Shown in pieces: positions 25,701-35,793 of a stretch of DNA of 39,173 nucleotides. The notes beneath the pieces are model-generated. The model did not search any database, was not told where the DNA came from, and worked only from the letters and a program-made list of their open reading frames with translations. How positions within the stretch are numbered: position 1 is the first letter of the stretch; the number at the start of each line of letters is the position of its first letter. The translations under genes and the position numbers were made by a program. The stretch is from Flavobacteriaceae bacterium (GTDB taxonomy: Bacteria; Bacteroidota; Bacteroidia; Flavobacteriales; Flavobacteriaceae): assembly GCA_049666645.1 (NCBI GenBank), contig JBATHI010000028.1, forward strand, positions 1 to 39,173, written 5' to 3'.

Positions 25701-27047
25701 TTACAGCATCGGCAATTCCCAGCCATTCTGATAATGGGCACGGATATATTGGTTGGCGGCATCTTCCCGGAAGGCACCTCGTTGTTCGTCCCAGTAAATC
25801 CTGTTGCCCGTTTTAAAAGCCACGTTCCCCATATGGGAGACCAGTGCGGCATCATACCCTACCTTTATGGGGGCGGTCAGGATCGAACGATCACGGCTTT
25901 TTACGGCATCTATGAAATTGACCATGTGCAAATCGAGGCCGCTGCCCTCTCGTTTCACGACCGGAACCCTTTCGATCTTATCGACACCCTCTTTGTCCCA
26001 ACCCATAAACTCCTTTTCGGGTATCACTTCCCATCCACCTCGGTCGAGCACCAGGGTACCGTTGTTCCCGATAAATGCAATGCCATGGTTTCTACCATAA
26101 TTACCGCCATCGATACCCGTTGCATGTTCCCACAAGATGGAGAAACCATCATACTCGAAAACGGTCTGCAAACTGTCGGGGGTTTCTGAAGCATCATCGG
26201 GATAGGCGAATTTACCTCCTATGGCCATAACGGATTTTGGCGTACCGGCCTTCATTCCATAAAGGGCATAGTCGATCAAGTGCACGCCCCAATCGGTCAT
26301 CAAGCCCCCAGCGTAGTCCCAAAACCACCTAAAGTTAAAATGAAAACGATTCGTGTTGAAGGGGCGCTGTGTGGCTGGTCCCAGCCACATATTATAATCC
26401 ACCCCTGCGGGGGCCGCACTGTCGGCCACTACGGGAACCGGTTTCATCCATCCCTGATAGGCCCAGGCTTTCGCCAAACGAATATTGCCCAATTTTCCGG
26501 AATGCACATATTCGATGGCGTCGACGAAATGGGGTTGACTGCGCTGCCATTGCCCAACCTGGACCATACGATCGCTGGCGTTCACATGGTTGAGCATGAT
26601 ATCGGCTTCTTGGATGGAATTGGCGATCGGTTTTTCGCAATACACATCTTTACCTGCCTTCAGGGCATCGGTCAGAATTAAACAATGCCAATGGTCTGGG
26701 GTGCCGATGATCACGACATCGATATCTTTGTTCTCCAAGAGCTTTCTATAATCCTTGTACCACTTGGGCTTTTTTATTCCGGCCTTTTCCAGATCCGCCG
26801 TGCGTTTTGCGAGCACACTGTCATCCACATCGCAAAGGGCGATCACATTAACCTCATTGATTTTCAGCATCGAACTCAAGTCGGAAAAGCCCATCCCCTT
26901 ACAGCCAACAAGGCCTACATTGATCTGGTCGTTGGCGCCAACTTTTTTGCGCATTTGCGCCAATAGGTCCATAGGGAATAAGAAAGCGGCCCCCGTGCCG
27001 GCCAAAGCCAGCCCACCCTGCCTGATAAAGTGTCTTCTGTTGTGCAT
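25701..27047 (-). CDS. Gfo/Idh/MocA family oxidoreductase with Tat signal
   Basis: NRRHFI twin-arginine, Rossmann VGCKGMG, TPDHWH, CEKP, DWGVHLID; ATG 27047. Confidence 0.93.
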   Translation of the reverse strand: MHNRRHFIRQGGLALAGTGAAFLFPMDLLAQMRKKVGANDQINVGLVGCKGMGFSDLSSMLKINEVNVIALCDVDDSVLAKRTADLEKAGIKKPKWYKDYRKLLENKDIDVVIIGTPDHWHCLILTDALKAGKDVYCEKPIANSIQEADIMLNHVNASDRMVQVGQWQRSQPHFVDAIEYVHSGKLGNIRLAKAWAYQGWMKPVPVVADSAAPAGVDYNMWLGPATQRPFNTNRFHFNFRWFWDYAGGLMTDWGVHLIDYALYGMKAGTPKSVMAIGGKFAYPDDASETPDSLQTVFEYDGFSILWEHATGIDGGNYGRNHGIAFIGNNGTLVLDRGGWEVIPEKEFMGWDKEGVDKIERVPVVKREGSGLDLHMVNFIDAVKSRDRSILTAPIKVGYDAALVSHMGNVAFKTGNRIYWDEQRGAFREDAANQYIRAHYQNGWELPML

Positions 27048-27099
27048 TGTAACGGTTTTATGGTTGCCTGAAGATAAGCAAATTTCAATAAATACATAC

Positions 27100-27132
27100 A
27101 AAAAAAGCACCGATCCGGAGCGGATGGTGCTT
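27100..27132 (-). terminator. Intrinsic terminator of nusB-DUF1573-yajC operon
   Basis: GCACC(G)ATCCG-loop-CGGATGGTGC hairpin with a T run on the minus strand. Confidence 0.75.
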
Positions 27133-27154
27133 GTATTTGGATTGATTTAAAAAT

Positions 27155-27442
27155 CTATTTTTTGTCCGGGACGGTCAGCTTTCTGCTCAATTCCATGGAA
27201 ATGGCCGATTTATCGAATTTCAACTTCCCTGCCATGGTCTCCAATATGCAGGAAGCATCGTTGTCGTTCAATTCCATTATTTTTCCGTGGAGTCCGCTTT
27301 TGGTGATGACACGGTCGCCCTTTTTCAATTCTGCCGCAAACTTTCTTTCGTCCTTCTGTCGCTTCATCTGTGGCCGTATCATAAAAAAATACGCCACCAC
27401 AAATATTAAAATCATCGGCAGGAAATCCATAATATCTCCCAT
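27155..27442 (-). CDS. yajC: Preprotein translocase subunit YajC
   Basis: YFFMIRPQ, LKKGDRVITKSGLHG. Confidence 0.95.
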   Translation of the reverse strand: MGDIMDFLPMILIFVVAYFFMIRPQMKRQKDERKFAAELKKGDRVITKSGLHGKIMELNDNDASCILETMAGKLKFDKSAISMELSRKLTVPDKK

Positions 27443-27467
27443 ATCACTATTTGGTTTGTGCTTGTTT

Positions 27468-27944
27468 TTATTGTGATACCGGGCCTGCTTGTGGGCCTCC
27501 GCCAGGGGCGTTCACAAAAGCTTGGATCCGCAATTGCTCTTGGCCCTTTTCGGTATTTGCGATAACGGTAATGGTCTTGGTCACTTGATTTTGACCGGAA
27601 CCATTGAATTTCACCAATAATTCCCCTCTCCCACCCGGGGCCACTGGTTCTTTCGTCCAAGTAGGGATGGTGCAGCCACAAGAACTTTTGGCATCGGTAA
27701 TGATCAAAGGCGCATTGCCCGTGTTGGTGAACGTAAATAAGGTTTCCTGCGGGGCATTTTGTTCGATCGTTCCAAAATCGTGTACCTGCTTGTCGAAGGT
27801 CATCACTGGAACTTGTTTGGCAGCGGCGTCCCTTTCGGCAGCCACGGCCACATTTTCGGTGTTGATCTTGTTCGCTGCATTTTCTTTGCAGGAAATAAAA
27901 CCGAGCATTGCAATGGCACTAAAAGCCAAAAATATTCTTTTCAT
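27468..27944 (-). CDS. DUF1573 domain lipoprotein
   Basis: Lipobox FISC, HDFG, FTNTGNAPLII, SCGCT; ATG 27944. Confidence 0.9.
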   Translation of the reverse strand: MKRIFLAFSAIAMLGFISCKENAANKINTENVAVAAERDAAAKQVPVMTFDKQVHDFGTIEQNAPQETLFTFTNTGNAPLIITDAKSSCGCTIPTWTKEPVAPGGRGELLVKFNGSGQNQVTKTITVIANTEKGQEQLRIQAFVNAPGGGPQAGPVSQ

Positions 27945-27986
27945 AAGTTTAATTTTATTATTTCCACGCAAAATTAAAGAATTAAT

Positions 27987-28934
27987 TTATAATAGACCCC
28001 TACCCACCTTTTTTAGTTTACCCTCGGTTTTATATTCCCTGACCAACTTGTCCAGAATACCGTTGATGAAGATACTGCTCTTCGGGGTGGAATATTCCTT
28101 GGCGATTTCCAGGAACTCATTGATGGTGACCTTTTCCGGGATGGAAGGGAAATTGAGCAATTCGCAAATGGCCATTTTCAGTAGGATGGCGTCTATCTCG
28201 GCAATCCTGTCCTTATCCCAGTTGGGCGTTTTCCCCTCGATCTCCTTTTCCCACTGTGCATTGTTCAACAGGGTTTTGGCCAATAGTTTTTGGGCGAAAA
28301 CCAGGTCCTCTTCATCCTTTAAAAGCCGTGGCAAAAAGAAAGTTTCGCGCTGCGTCGCCTTTACCTTTTTCAATTGCTTCAAAATAAAGGTATTTACAAT
28401 GGGCAGGTCGTCTACCCAAGTAAGTTTGTCATCTTCAAAATAGGCATAGATCTTTTCATTCGGGGCTATCACTTCCCTGAACAGATCGATGATCACTTTC
28501 TTGTCCGCTTCATAGGAACGTTCCGCAGTGTTCATATATGCCTCATAAATGTTGCTGTCTACAATGGCCTTGTAGATCAACTTGACGTACTCTTCATTCA
28601 GGTACCAATTTCGCAGTTTGCGTTTGAGGAGTTCCTCCCTTAAGGGCTTATTTTCGGAAATCTGGGTCAACAATTGGTTTTCGGCGAATTTCCCCTTGAC
28701 GGGAAAAGCATCAGATCGGTTGGCCAGATATTTTTTTGAAGAGAGTTCGAGTTGGCTTTTGGCCCTGTCCTGGATCTCGATCATTAGACTGAGCAATAGC
28801 AAATAGAGCGTATACATATTTTCGATACTTGCCCTAAGGAATTTTTCCTGTTTCTCCAGAGAATCGTCCTTGGATTGGGTCAATGCATAGATGCACTGCA
28901 TTACCTTCACCCGAATATGCCTTCTTGTAAGCAT
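27987..28934 (-). CDS. nusB: Transcription antitermination factor NusB (long Bacteroidota form)
   Basis: MLTRRHIRVKVMQ, NWDKDRIA, VTINEFLEIAKEYS, FINGILD. Confidence 0.93.
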   Translation of the reverse strand: MLTRRHIRVKVMQCIYALTQSKDDSLEKQEKFLRASIENMYTLYLLLLSLMIEIQDRAKSQLELSSKKYLANRSDAFPVKGKFAENQLLTQISENKPLREELLKRKLRNWYLNEEYVKLIYKAIVDSNIYEAYMNTAERSYEADKKVIIDLFREVIAPNEKIYAYFEDDKLTWVDDLPIVNTFILKQLKKVKATQRETFFLPRLLKDEEDLVFAQKLLAKTLLNNAQWEKEIEGKTPNWDKDRIAEIDAILLKMAICELLNFPSIPEKVTINEFLEIAKEYSTPKSSIFINGILDKLVREYKTEGKLKKVGRGLL

Positions 28935-29177
28935 TTAAAAGAACTTTAGTGAATTGGTTTGAACCGTTAAGCCGACAAAAATAGGAATCTATTTTCAATC
29001 CCGACCCCTGCTTGGTGTTATTGTCGCAAAAAAAGAAATCCGCGAAATCCGATCGATAGGGTTTGTACAGGCGTATCGGCAAGCGACCGAAGCATCAATT
29101 CTTGATTTTTCTTTTTACACAGCCCTTGTGAGGGAGTATATATGGACTTATCTTTGGTGACCGATCTACCATTTTGG

Positions 29178-30932
29178 ATGAAAGAATTAAGACACCTTAA
29201 TAAATACTTCAGGAAATACTGGTTAAAATTGTTTATTGGGGTGATCATAACGATCATCGCCCGGATTTTTTCTTTGGTGATGCCGTCTTATGTAAAAAAT
29301 TCCATAGCGGTAATCGAGAAATTTTCGGCCTCCATCATTCAGGAAGCGGAAGCGCGTGAACTGCTTTTACAGTATATTCTGATCATTCTGGGAACCGCAC
29401 TGCTATCGGGTTTCTTCACATTTTGGATGCGACAAACGATCATCAACGTGTCGCGCTATATCGAATATGACCTCAAAAACGAAGTCTTCGATCATTACCT
29501 CTATCTCAATCTCGACTTTTACAAAAGAAACCGGACCGGTGACCTCATGAACCGGATCAGCGAGGACATCAACCAGGTGCGTATGTATGCCGGACCGGCG
29601 ATCATGTACGGCATGAACGCCCTGACCTTGTTCGTCTGCCTGATTCCCCTGATGTTCATCAAAGCCCCTACCCTTGCATTTTATACCATCGCGCCTTTTC
29701 CGATCCTGTCATTTTTAATATACAGGATCAGCAAGATCATCCATAGGAGGAGCACCAGGGTACAGGCATTCCTATCCAAACTATCGACCTTCACCCAAGA
29801 ATCGTTTTCGGGCGTAGCAGTGATCAAGGCTTATGGCCTGGAACCCAGGATACATGCGGATGTGAGTGCCTTGGCCATTGAAGGCAAGAATAAAAGTGTG
29901 GAGCTTGCCAAGGTCGACGCTTGGTTTTTTCCCTTGATGATCTTGCTGATCGGGGTGAGCAATATTTTTGTGATCTATATCGGTGGCAAACAATACATGA
30001 ACGGCGAAATAACTTCAGTAGGCGTTATTGCCGAGTTCATTCTCTATGTGAATATGCTGACCTGGCCTGTGGCGATCGTGGGTTGGTTGACCTCTATGGT
30101 ACAACGGGCAGAGGCTTCGCAGAAAAGGATCAATGAGTTCCTCAAGGTACAACCCAGCATAAAGAATGAAGTTGAAAAGGAAACACCCATTCAGGGCAAA
30201 ATTGAATTCAAAAATGTAAGCTTCACCTATGAAGACACCAATATAACGGCAATCGACAACCTATCATTCACGATCAACCAGGGGGAAACGGTCGCTATTT
30301 TAGGTAAAACCGGATCCGGTAAATCGACGATCCTGGATCTTATCGCACGCCTATATGACGTGACTTCCGGTGAAATCCTCATCGATGGGGTTCCTATCAG
30401 GGAGTTAAACCTGAACAGCCTGAGGAGCGCGATTGGGGCCGTTCCACAAGACGCTTTTCTTTTTTCGGACACCATAGCCAACAATATCAAATTCGGCAAA
30501 GACAATGCCAGTAGGGATGAAGTGATCGAGGTTGCCAAAAAAGCGGTCGTGCACGATAACATCATCGGCTTTTCAAAGCAGTACGAAACGATCCTAGGGG
30601 AGCGGGGCATCACCTTGAGCGGCGGACAAAAACAAAGGGTCTCCATTGCGCGTGCCCTTTTGAAAGACCCAAATATATATCTTTTCGACGATTGCCTGTC
30701 TGCCGTAGACACAGAAACGGAAGAGGTAATTTTAAGCAACCTGAAACAGGCATCGCAAAACAAGACCACCCTCATCGTCAGCCACAGGGTTTCCTCCGCA
30801 AAAAATGCAGACAAAGTATTGGTTTTGGAAAACGGCAGACTCATCCAACAGGGTACACACGAAATTTTGAACGCTACCGAAGGCTATTATAAGGAGCTCT
30901 ATCTGAACCAGCTTTCCGAGAAAGAAAACTAA
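29178..30932 (+). CDS. ABC exporter, fused TMD-NBD (MdlA/YheI-like)
   Basis: Six-TM domain, GKTGSGKS, LSGGQKQR, FDDCLSAVD, SHR; ATG 29178 lies downstream of TATCTTTG (29149-29156). Confidence 0.92.
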   Translation: MKELRHLNKYFRKYWLKLFIGVIITIIARIFSLVMPSYVKNSIAVIEKFSASIIQEAEARELLLQYILIILGTALLSGFFTFWMRQTIINVSRYIEYDLKNEVFDHYLYLNLDFYKRNRTGDLMNRISEDINQVRMYAGPAIMYGMNALTLFVCLIPLMFIKAPTLAFYTIAPFPILSFLIYRISKIIHRRSTRVQAFLSKLSTFTQESFSGVAVIKAYGLEPRIHADVSALAIEGKNKSVELAKVDAWFFPLMILLIGVSNIFVIYIGGKQYMNGEITSVGVIAEFILYVNMLTWPVAIVGWLTSMVQRAEASQKRINEFLKVQPSIKNEVEKETPIQGKIEFKNVSFTYEDTNITAIDNLSFTINQGETVAILGKTGSGKSTILDLIARLYDVTSGEILIDGVPIRELNLNSLRSAIGAVPQDAFLFSDTIANNIKFGKDNASRDEVIEVAKKAVVHDNIIGFSKQYETILGERGITLSGGQKQRVSIARALLKDPNIYLFDDCLSAVDTETEEVILSNLKQASQNKTTLIVSHRVSSAKNADKVLVLENGRLIQQGTHEILNATEGYYKELYLNQLSEKEN

Positions 30933-31010
30933 AAAATTGTTGTCCAAACCGCTTTTTTTTTCCATTTTTGATAGATTAACACCTAATTAATCAACTAGAA
31001 ACAATAAGAA

Positions 31011-31391
31011 ATGGGCGAAAGAAACATTGAGGATCAGGAGGAAATTTATTCCAAAGTGCTAAGGGCAGGAAGAAGAACTTATTTTTTTGATGTCAGAAGC
31101 ACAAAAGCCGGTGACTATTACCTAACGATTACCGAAAGCAAGAAATTCACACATGACGATGGTTCCTTTCATTATAAAAAACACAAAATTTATCTCTATA
31201 AAGAAGATTTCGAGGCTTTTAGGGAACACGTTGAGGAAATGATGGATTATATCATCAACGAAAAAGGTTCAGAGGTCATTTCCGAAAGGCACCAAAAAGA
31301 CTTCAAAAAGGAGGAAGAAGCAGATTTTAGCGAAAATGGCGAGGCCTCCCCGACCGATAAGTTTACCGATATCGATTTTGATGATATTTAA
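31011..31391 (+). CDS. PUR family DNA/RNA-binding protein (DUF3276)
   Basis: SKVLRAGRRTYFFDV...YLTITESKK...HKIYLYKEDF; acidic tail. Confidence 0.92.
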   Translation: MGERNIEDQEEIYSKVLRAGRRTYFFDVRSTKAGDYYLTITESKKFTHDDGSFHYKKHKIYLYKEDFEAFREHVEEMMDYIINEKGSEVISERHQKDFKKEEEADFSENGEASPTDKFTDIDFDDI

Positions 31392-31425
31392 AGGTCATCC
31401 CCATCCTAAATAGACTTAGTGCATC

Positions 31426-31453
31426 AACGGCCTTTTATTATGGGCCGTTTTTT
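31426..31453 (+). terminator. Intrinsic terminator after the PUR gene
   Basis: AACGGCCT-TTTATTAT-GGGCCGTT followed by a T run. Confidence 0.75.
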
Positions 31454-31484
31454 ATATTTAAACCCAGACCTAATTCTTTTTTAA

Positions 31485-34007
31485 ATGAAACGAATATTCC
31501 TTTTGACGGCATTCATTTTCTGCCAAGGCCTTATTGCCCAAGAAAAAGTGGCGCTGAACTATTACCTCCCCCAAAATATTTCCTACGACCCGAGCATTCC
31601 CAAACCCATCGATATCATCGGGCATGAAGTTGGCGAATGGCACGTGACCCATGATAAACTGATGTTTTATATGCAGACGCTCGCCAGTGTCAGTGAACGT
31701 ATCTCGATAGAAAATCGCGGCTTCACCTTTGAAGGCAGACCGATACTGTTGCTCACGGTGACTACCCCAAAAAACCATCAAAATATCGAGGGGATTAGAA
31801 AGGAACATCTGTCCCTTACTGAAAAGGGGGGAACCACCGTCGATCTGCAAAAAATGCCCCTTGTGGTCTACCAAGGTTTTTCGGTACATGGCAATGAGCC
31901 CAGCGGCGCGAACGCCGGCCTGGCCTATGCCTATTACCTGGCCGCTGCCCAAGGACCCGAAATCGAAAAAATGTTGGAGAACACCATCATCCTTATGGAT
32001 CCCTCCTTCAATCCAGATGGATTGCAACGCTTTGCCTATTGGGCCAATACGAATAAAAGCGAAAACCTCAATCCCGACGGGAATGAAAGGGAATACCACG
32101 AAGTTTGGCCCGGAGGCCGAACCAACCATTATTGGTTCGACATCAACAGGGACTGGCTGCCCGTGCAATTGCCCGAGAGCAGGGCCCGCATTACGACCTT
32201 TCATAAGTGGATGCCCAATATTTTGACCGACCATCATGAAATGGGCACCAATTCTACCTTCTTTTTTCAACCTGGGGAACCCACAAGGGTGCATCCGTTG
32301 ACCCCGGGGATCAACCAAGAACTCACGAAGGAGATCGGGACGTACCATGCGAAGGCCTTGGACAAAATCGGGTCTTTGTATTATTCCGAAGAAGGTTACG
32401 ATGATTACTATTATGGCAAAGGATCCACTTTCCCCGATGTGAATGGCTGCATCGGAATCCTTTTCGAGCAGGCCAGCTCACGGGGCCATGTGCAGGAAAG
32501 CGAGAATGGCTTGTTGACCTTTCCCTTTACCATCCGAAATCAATTTACCACCGCCCTTTCTACCATCGAGGCGGCCCAGAACATGCGCGAAAAAATTCTG
32601 AAATACCAAAGGGATTATTTCGAGGAACTCAGAATTGAGGCCGCCAAAAACAAAACCAAGGCCTTGGTGTTCGGTGATAACAAAGATGCCAACAAAGCTT
32701 GGCACCTGGCCGAGATATTGAGTCGACATGGGATAAAATTCCATGAATTGGCCAATGACGCCACCATTAGTGGCAAAACTTTTACCAAGAACAATAGTTA
32801 TGTGGTGCCCATGGATCAAAAGAATCCGCGGTTGATTCAGGCAATGTTCGAAAAAAGAACCACATTCACCGATAGCCTTTTCTATGACATCTCCGCCTGG
32901 ACCTTCCCCTTGGCCTTCGATCTAGATTATGCGGAAGTGCCCACCACGGCATACGCCGGACCCGAAATCGGCGATTTTAAACCCTTGGCGGGAGGCGTTG
33001 ACCGGGAAAGCGACTATGCATATCTGTTCGAGTGGAACGATTATTATACCCCGAAGGCCCTCAACGCCATTTTGAACAAGGAAATACGCGCCAAAGTCGC
33101 AAAAGGACCCTTTCGCCTGGAGGGGAAAGCCTATGACTATGGCACCATCATGATTCCAGTACAAAATCAAATTTTAAATAAAAAGGCGCTGCATGATTTT
33201 TTGAATGAAGTCGGCAAAGAAGCCAAAATAAAAATTACGGCTGTGGGTACAGGACTTACCCAGGGGATCGACTTGGGCAGCAATGATTTTGAGGCCTTGA
33301 AGAAACAAGAAGTCGGACTTCTGGTCGGCAATGGTATCGCGAGCAACGATGCTGGTGAAATATGGCACCTATTCGACCAACGATACGATATGAAAATCAC
33401 CAAGTTGGATACCGATTATTTCAACAACATTGACCTGAGCCGCTACACAGCCATTATAATTCCCAATTCGTGGGGCGGATCCTTGGACAAGAAAACCGCC
33501 GATAAGCTTAAGGAATGGGTTAAGGATGGCGGTATTGCCATCGGTTATTTAAGGGCTGCGGAATGGTTCGAAAAAAACGAAATGATGAAACTAACCTTTA
33601 AAAAGGACAGCCTTGTTGCGAAAAACATATCCTTTGCGCAAAAACGCGACTTCTTAGGGGCCCAGGTTACCGGAGGTGCCATTTTTGAGGCCGACCTCGA
33701 TCGTTCACACCCGATCGGCTATGGCTACAAAAATGGCAAGATAGCCTTGTTCAGGGATTCCAACGTTTATTTGGAAGCGGACAAGGACAGCTACAACAAC
33801 CCGTTGCGATACCTTCAAAACCCTTTGTTGAGCGGTTATATCTCGAAAGAAAATCTCAAATTACTCCAAAATAGCGTACCCTTTCAAGTACAAAAATTGG
33901 GGAAGGGAAAAGTAATCGTTTTTACCGATAACACCAATTTCAGGGCTTTTTGGTACGGGACCAATAAATTATTGATGAATGCCATATTTTTTGGGGGAAT
34001 GATGTAA
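31485..34007 (+). CDS. Secreted M14 family zinc carboxypeptidase
   Basis: Signal peptide, HGNE, NPDG, DINRD, DHHEM motifs; C-terminal glutamine-amidotransferase-like region. Confidence 0.9.
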   Translation: MKRIFLLTAFIFCQGLIAQEKVALNYYLPQNISYDPSIPKPIDIIGHEVGEWHVTHDKLMFYMQTLASVSERISIENRGFTFEGRPILLLTVTTPKNHQNIEGIRKEHLSLTEKGGTTVDLQKMPLVVYQGFSVHGNEPSGANAGLAYAYYLAAAQGPEIEKMLENTIILMDPSFNPDGLQRFAYWANTNKSENLNPDGNEREYHEVWPGGRTNHYWFDINRDWLPVQLPESRARITTFHKWMPNILTDHHEMGTNSTFFFQPGEPTRVHPLTPGINQELTKEIGTYHAKALDKIGSLYYSEEGYDDYYYGKGSTFPDVNGCIGILFEQASSRGHVQESENGLLTFPFTIRNQFTTALSTIEAAQNMREKILKYQRDYFEELRIEAAKNKTKALVFGDNKDANKAWHLAEILSRHGIKFHELANDATISGKTFTKNNSYVVPMDQKNPRLIQAMFEKRTTFTDSLFYDISAWTFPLAFDLDYAEVPTTAYAGPEIGDFKPLAGGVDRESDYAYLFEWNDYYTPKALNAILNKEIRAKVAKGPFRLEGKAYDYGTIMIPVQNQILNKKALHDFLNEVGKEAKIKITAVGTGLTQGIDLGSNDFEALKKQEVGLLVGNGIASNDAGEIWHLFDQRYDMKITKLDTDYFNNIDLSRYTAIIIPNSWGGSLDKKTADKLKEWVKDGGIAIGYLRAAEWFEKNEMMKLTFKKDSLVAKNISFAQKRDFLGAQVTGGAIFEADLDRSHPIGYGYKNGKIALFRDSNVYLEADKDSYNNPLRYLQNPLLSGYISKENLKLLQNSVPFQVQKLGKGKVIVFTDNTNFRAFWYGTNKLLMNAIFFGGMM

Positions 34008-34040
34008 ATATCTCGCCGTTGGCCCTTAACAGGTATGGGA

Positions 34041-34406
34041 TTATTTTTCTTTGGTGCGTTGCAAATTCTCGTAAATGCGAAACCTGATGATCTTATCGAT
34101 CAATTGCCATGGCATGCGCTGGTTCAAGGGAAACTGAATGGATCCCTTGCCGGTCTTGTAGGCTTCGAGTTCCTTCCTGAAGGCTATGTTGCCTGATGGT
34201 AGGGCATATAGGCCAATATGGTTTTTAAAAGCGGCAAAATAGATCAAGTCTCTGCCATAGAGCCGAAATGCCGGCATCCCGTATGCGATTTTTTCCTCGG
34301 TTTCAGGAGCCGCTTCATGTATGGCCTTCCTTAATTGTTGAAGCACCTCCTGTACCGGTTTGGGGAAACCCGCGATATAGGCATCTATGGTTTCAGGTTT
34401 CTCCAT
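34041..34406 (-). CDS. YdhG/DUF1801 family protein
   Basis: IDAYIAGF, EKIAYGMPAF, FAAFKNHIGLY, KGSIQFP. Confidence 0.9.
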   Translation of the reverse strand: MEKPETIDAYIAGFPKPVQEVLQQLRKAIHEAAPETEEKIAYGMPAFRLYGRDLIYFAAFKNHIGLYALPSGNIAFRKELEAYKTGKGSIQFPLNQRMPWQLIDKIIRFRIYENLQRTKEK

Positions 34407-34416
34407 GGCACATTTT

Positions 34417-35256
34417 TTATGCGTTTTCCAATTGGCTCAATTCGAGCTTTTTCATCCCCAACAGGACCTTCATGACCCGCTCCGATTTGACGGGATCGCT
34501 CATCAACTGACCCAGGTTGGATGGAACCACCTGCCATGAAAACCCAAATTTGTCCTTGAGCCAGCCACATCTGCTTTCTTCACCTTCCACCGTTAAGTGG
34601 TCCCAGTAGTAATCGATTTCTTCCTGATCCCCGCATTCGATGACCAACGACAGGCCTTCGGTAAAGTGCAGATCATGCGAAAACCCGCTATCCATTAGAA
34701 TAAACTTTTGATTTGACAGGCCGAATTGGGCATGTGCTATTTTTCCGCCTTGAAGGGTATCGGATTCGTCATAGCGATGGATGAAACGCAGCTGGGAATC
34801 GGGAAAAATGGAAGTATAGTGTTTGATGGCCTCATCGCCCCGGCCAAATTGTGCCCCTGTGAACATCAGGGCCGGAATGATTTTCTGCCCAAAATCAGCT
34901 ACTTTGCCCATCGACAATTGCCAAGATACGCCATAACCATCCTGAACCCAGCCATACCTTTCGCTCCAATCGTAGCGGTCGAGCGGCATCATCACCATAC
35001 CATCCTCCTTGAGGCTTTTCCATAGGCTATCGATTTCCTGTTTGGTTTCACAGGTAACATAGAACGACATACTGGCATTGGGCTTATATTGTGGCCCACC
35101 GTTCAAGGCCATGAACCGATGGCCTCCCAGTTCAAAACCAACGACGATCGGGTTGACCGATCTGATGGTACCATCCTTGAACACGGAGCAATAAAATTCC
35201 GCAGCTTCTTTGGCATTGCCATCGAACCAAATACAAGGGTAAATTTTATTTGACAT
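34417..35256 (-). CDS. VOC family protein, two PhnB-like domains
   Basis: PCIWFDGNAKEAAEFY, duplicated GWVQDGYGVSWQ / GWLKDKFGFSWQ. Confidence 0.9.
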   Translation of the reverse strand: MSNKIYPCIWFDGNAKEAAEFYCSVFKDGTIRSVNPIVVGFELGGHRFMALNGGPQYKPNASMSFYVTCETKQEIDSLWKSLKEDGMVMMPLDRYDWSERYGWVQDGYGVSWQLSMGKVADFGQKIIPALMFTGAQFGRGDEAIKHYTSIFPDSQLRFIHRYDESDTLQGGKIAHAQFGLSNQKFILMDSGFSHDLHFTEGLSLVIECGDQEEIDYYWDHLTVEGEESRCGWLKDKFGFSWQVVPSNLGQLMSDPVKSERVMKVLLGMKKLELSQLENA

Positions 35257-35261
35257 CTTCT

Positions 35262-35687
35262 TTAGATAGGTTCGGATTCGACATATCGCTTAAAATTATC
35301 CAAGATCGCCTGCCATCCGTTCTTTTGCATTTCGAGAGGGTTGGTCTCCTCCGCTTCGAAAGTTTCCGTGATCTGGGTTTTCCCGTCTGCCTCCACGAAA
35401 CGAATACCGACCATTCGCCCATCCCCCAATGTAAAAGAGAGTTTATGGTTCGGTTCCACTTCGTTATAGGTACCCCAAAAATCAAATCCGAAGCTACCGT
35501 CTTTGGCCTCCATCCTATAACTGAATTTGCCTCCGATGCGAAGTTGGTTTTCGGCCTTTGGGGTATGCCAATCGGCGGAGGCTTGGTTCCATTTTTTAAC
35601 ATGCCGAGGCTCGGTCCAATACGCCCACACCAATGCAACGGGCGCTTTTACCATGGTTTTGACCGTAATTTGCTTCGGATTGCCCAT
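35262..35687 (-). CDS. SRPBCC/AHSA1 family protein
   Basis: APVALVWAYWTEP, GGKFSYRMEAKDGS, GWQAILDNF; ATG 35687. Confidence 0.9.
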   Translation of the reverse strand: MGNPKQITVKTMVKAPVALVWAYWTEPRHVKKWNQASADWHTPKAENQLRIGGKFSYRMEAKDGSFGFDFWGTYNEVEPNHKLSFTLGDGRMVGIRFVEADGKTQITETFEAEETNPLEMQKNGWQAILDNFKRYVESEPI

Positions 35688-35793
35688 AGGTCCGATATTG
35701 ACCGAATGCCACCTAATGGCTTGCATTCAAAGGATTTACCCTATTAAAGATAAGCGCAAACGAACAAAATTCCTATCAATAGGGGAGAATTAT

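Noticed and set aside
27604..28443. 279-aa plus-strand ORF across DUF1573/nusB
   Set aside because: Overlaps two real opposite-strand genes; Ser/Phe-rich antisense composition.
27987..28934. NusB about twice the E. coli length
   Set aside because: Normal Bacteroidota form.
31470..32348. 292-aa antisense ORF over the M14 peptidase
   Set aside because: Shadow ORF without motifs.
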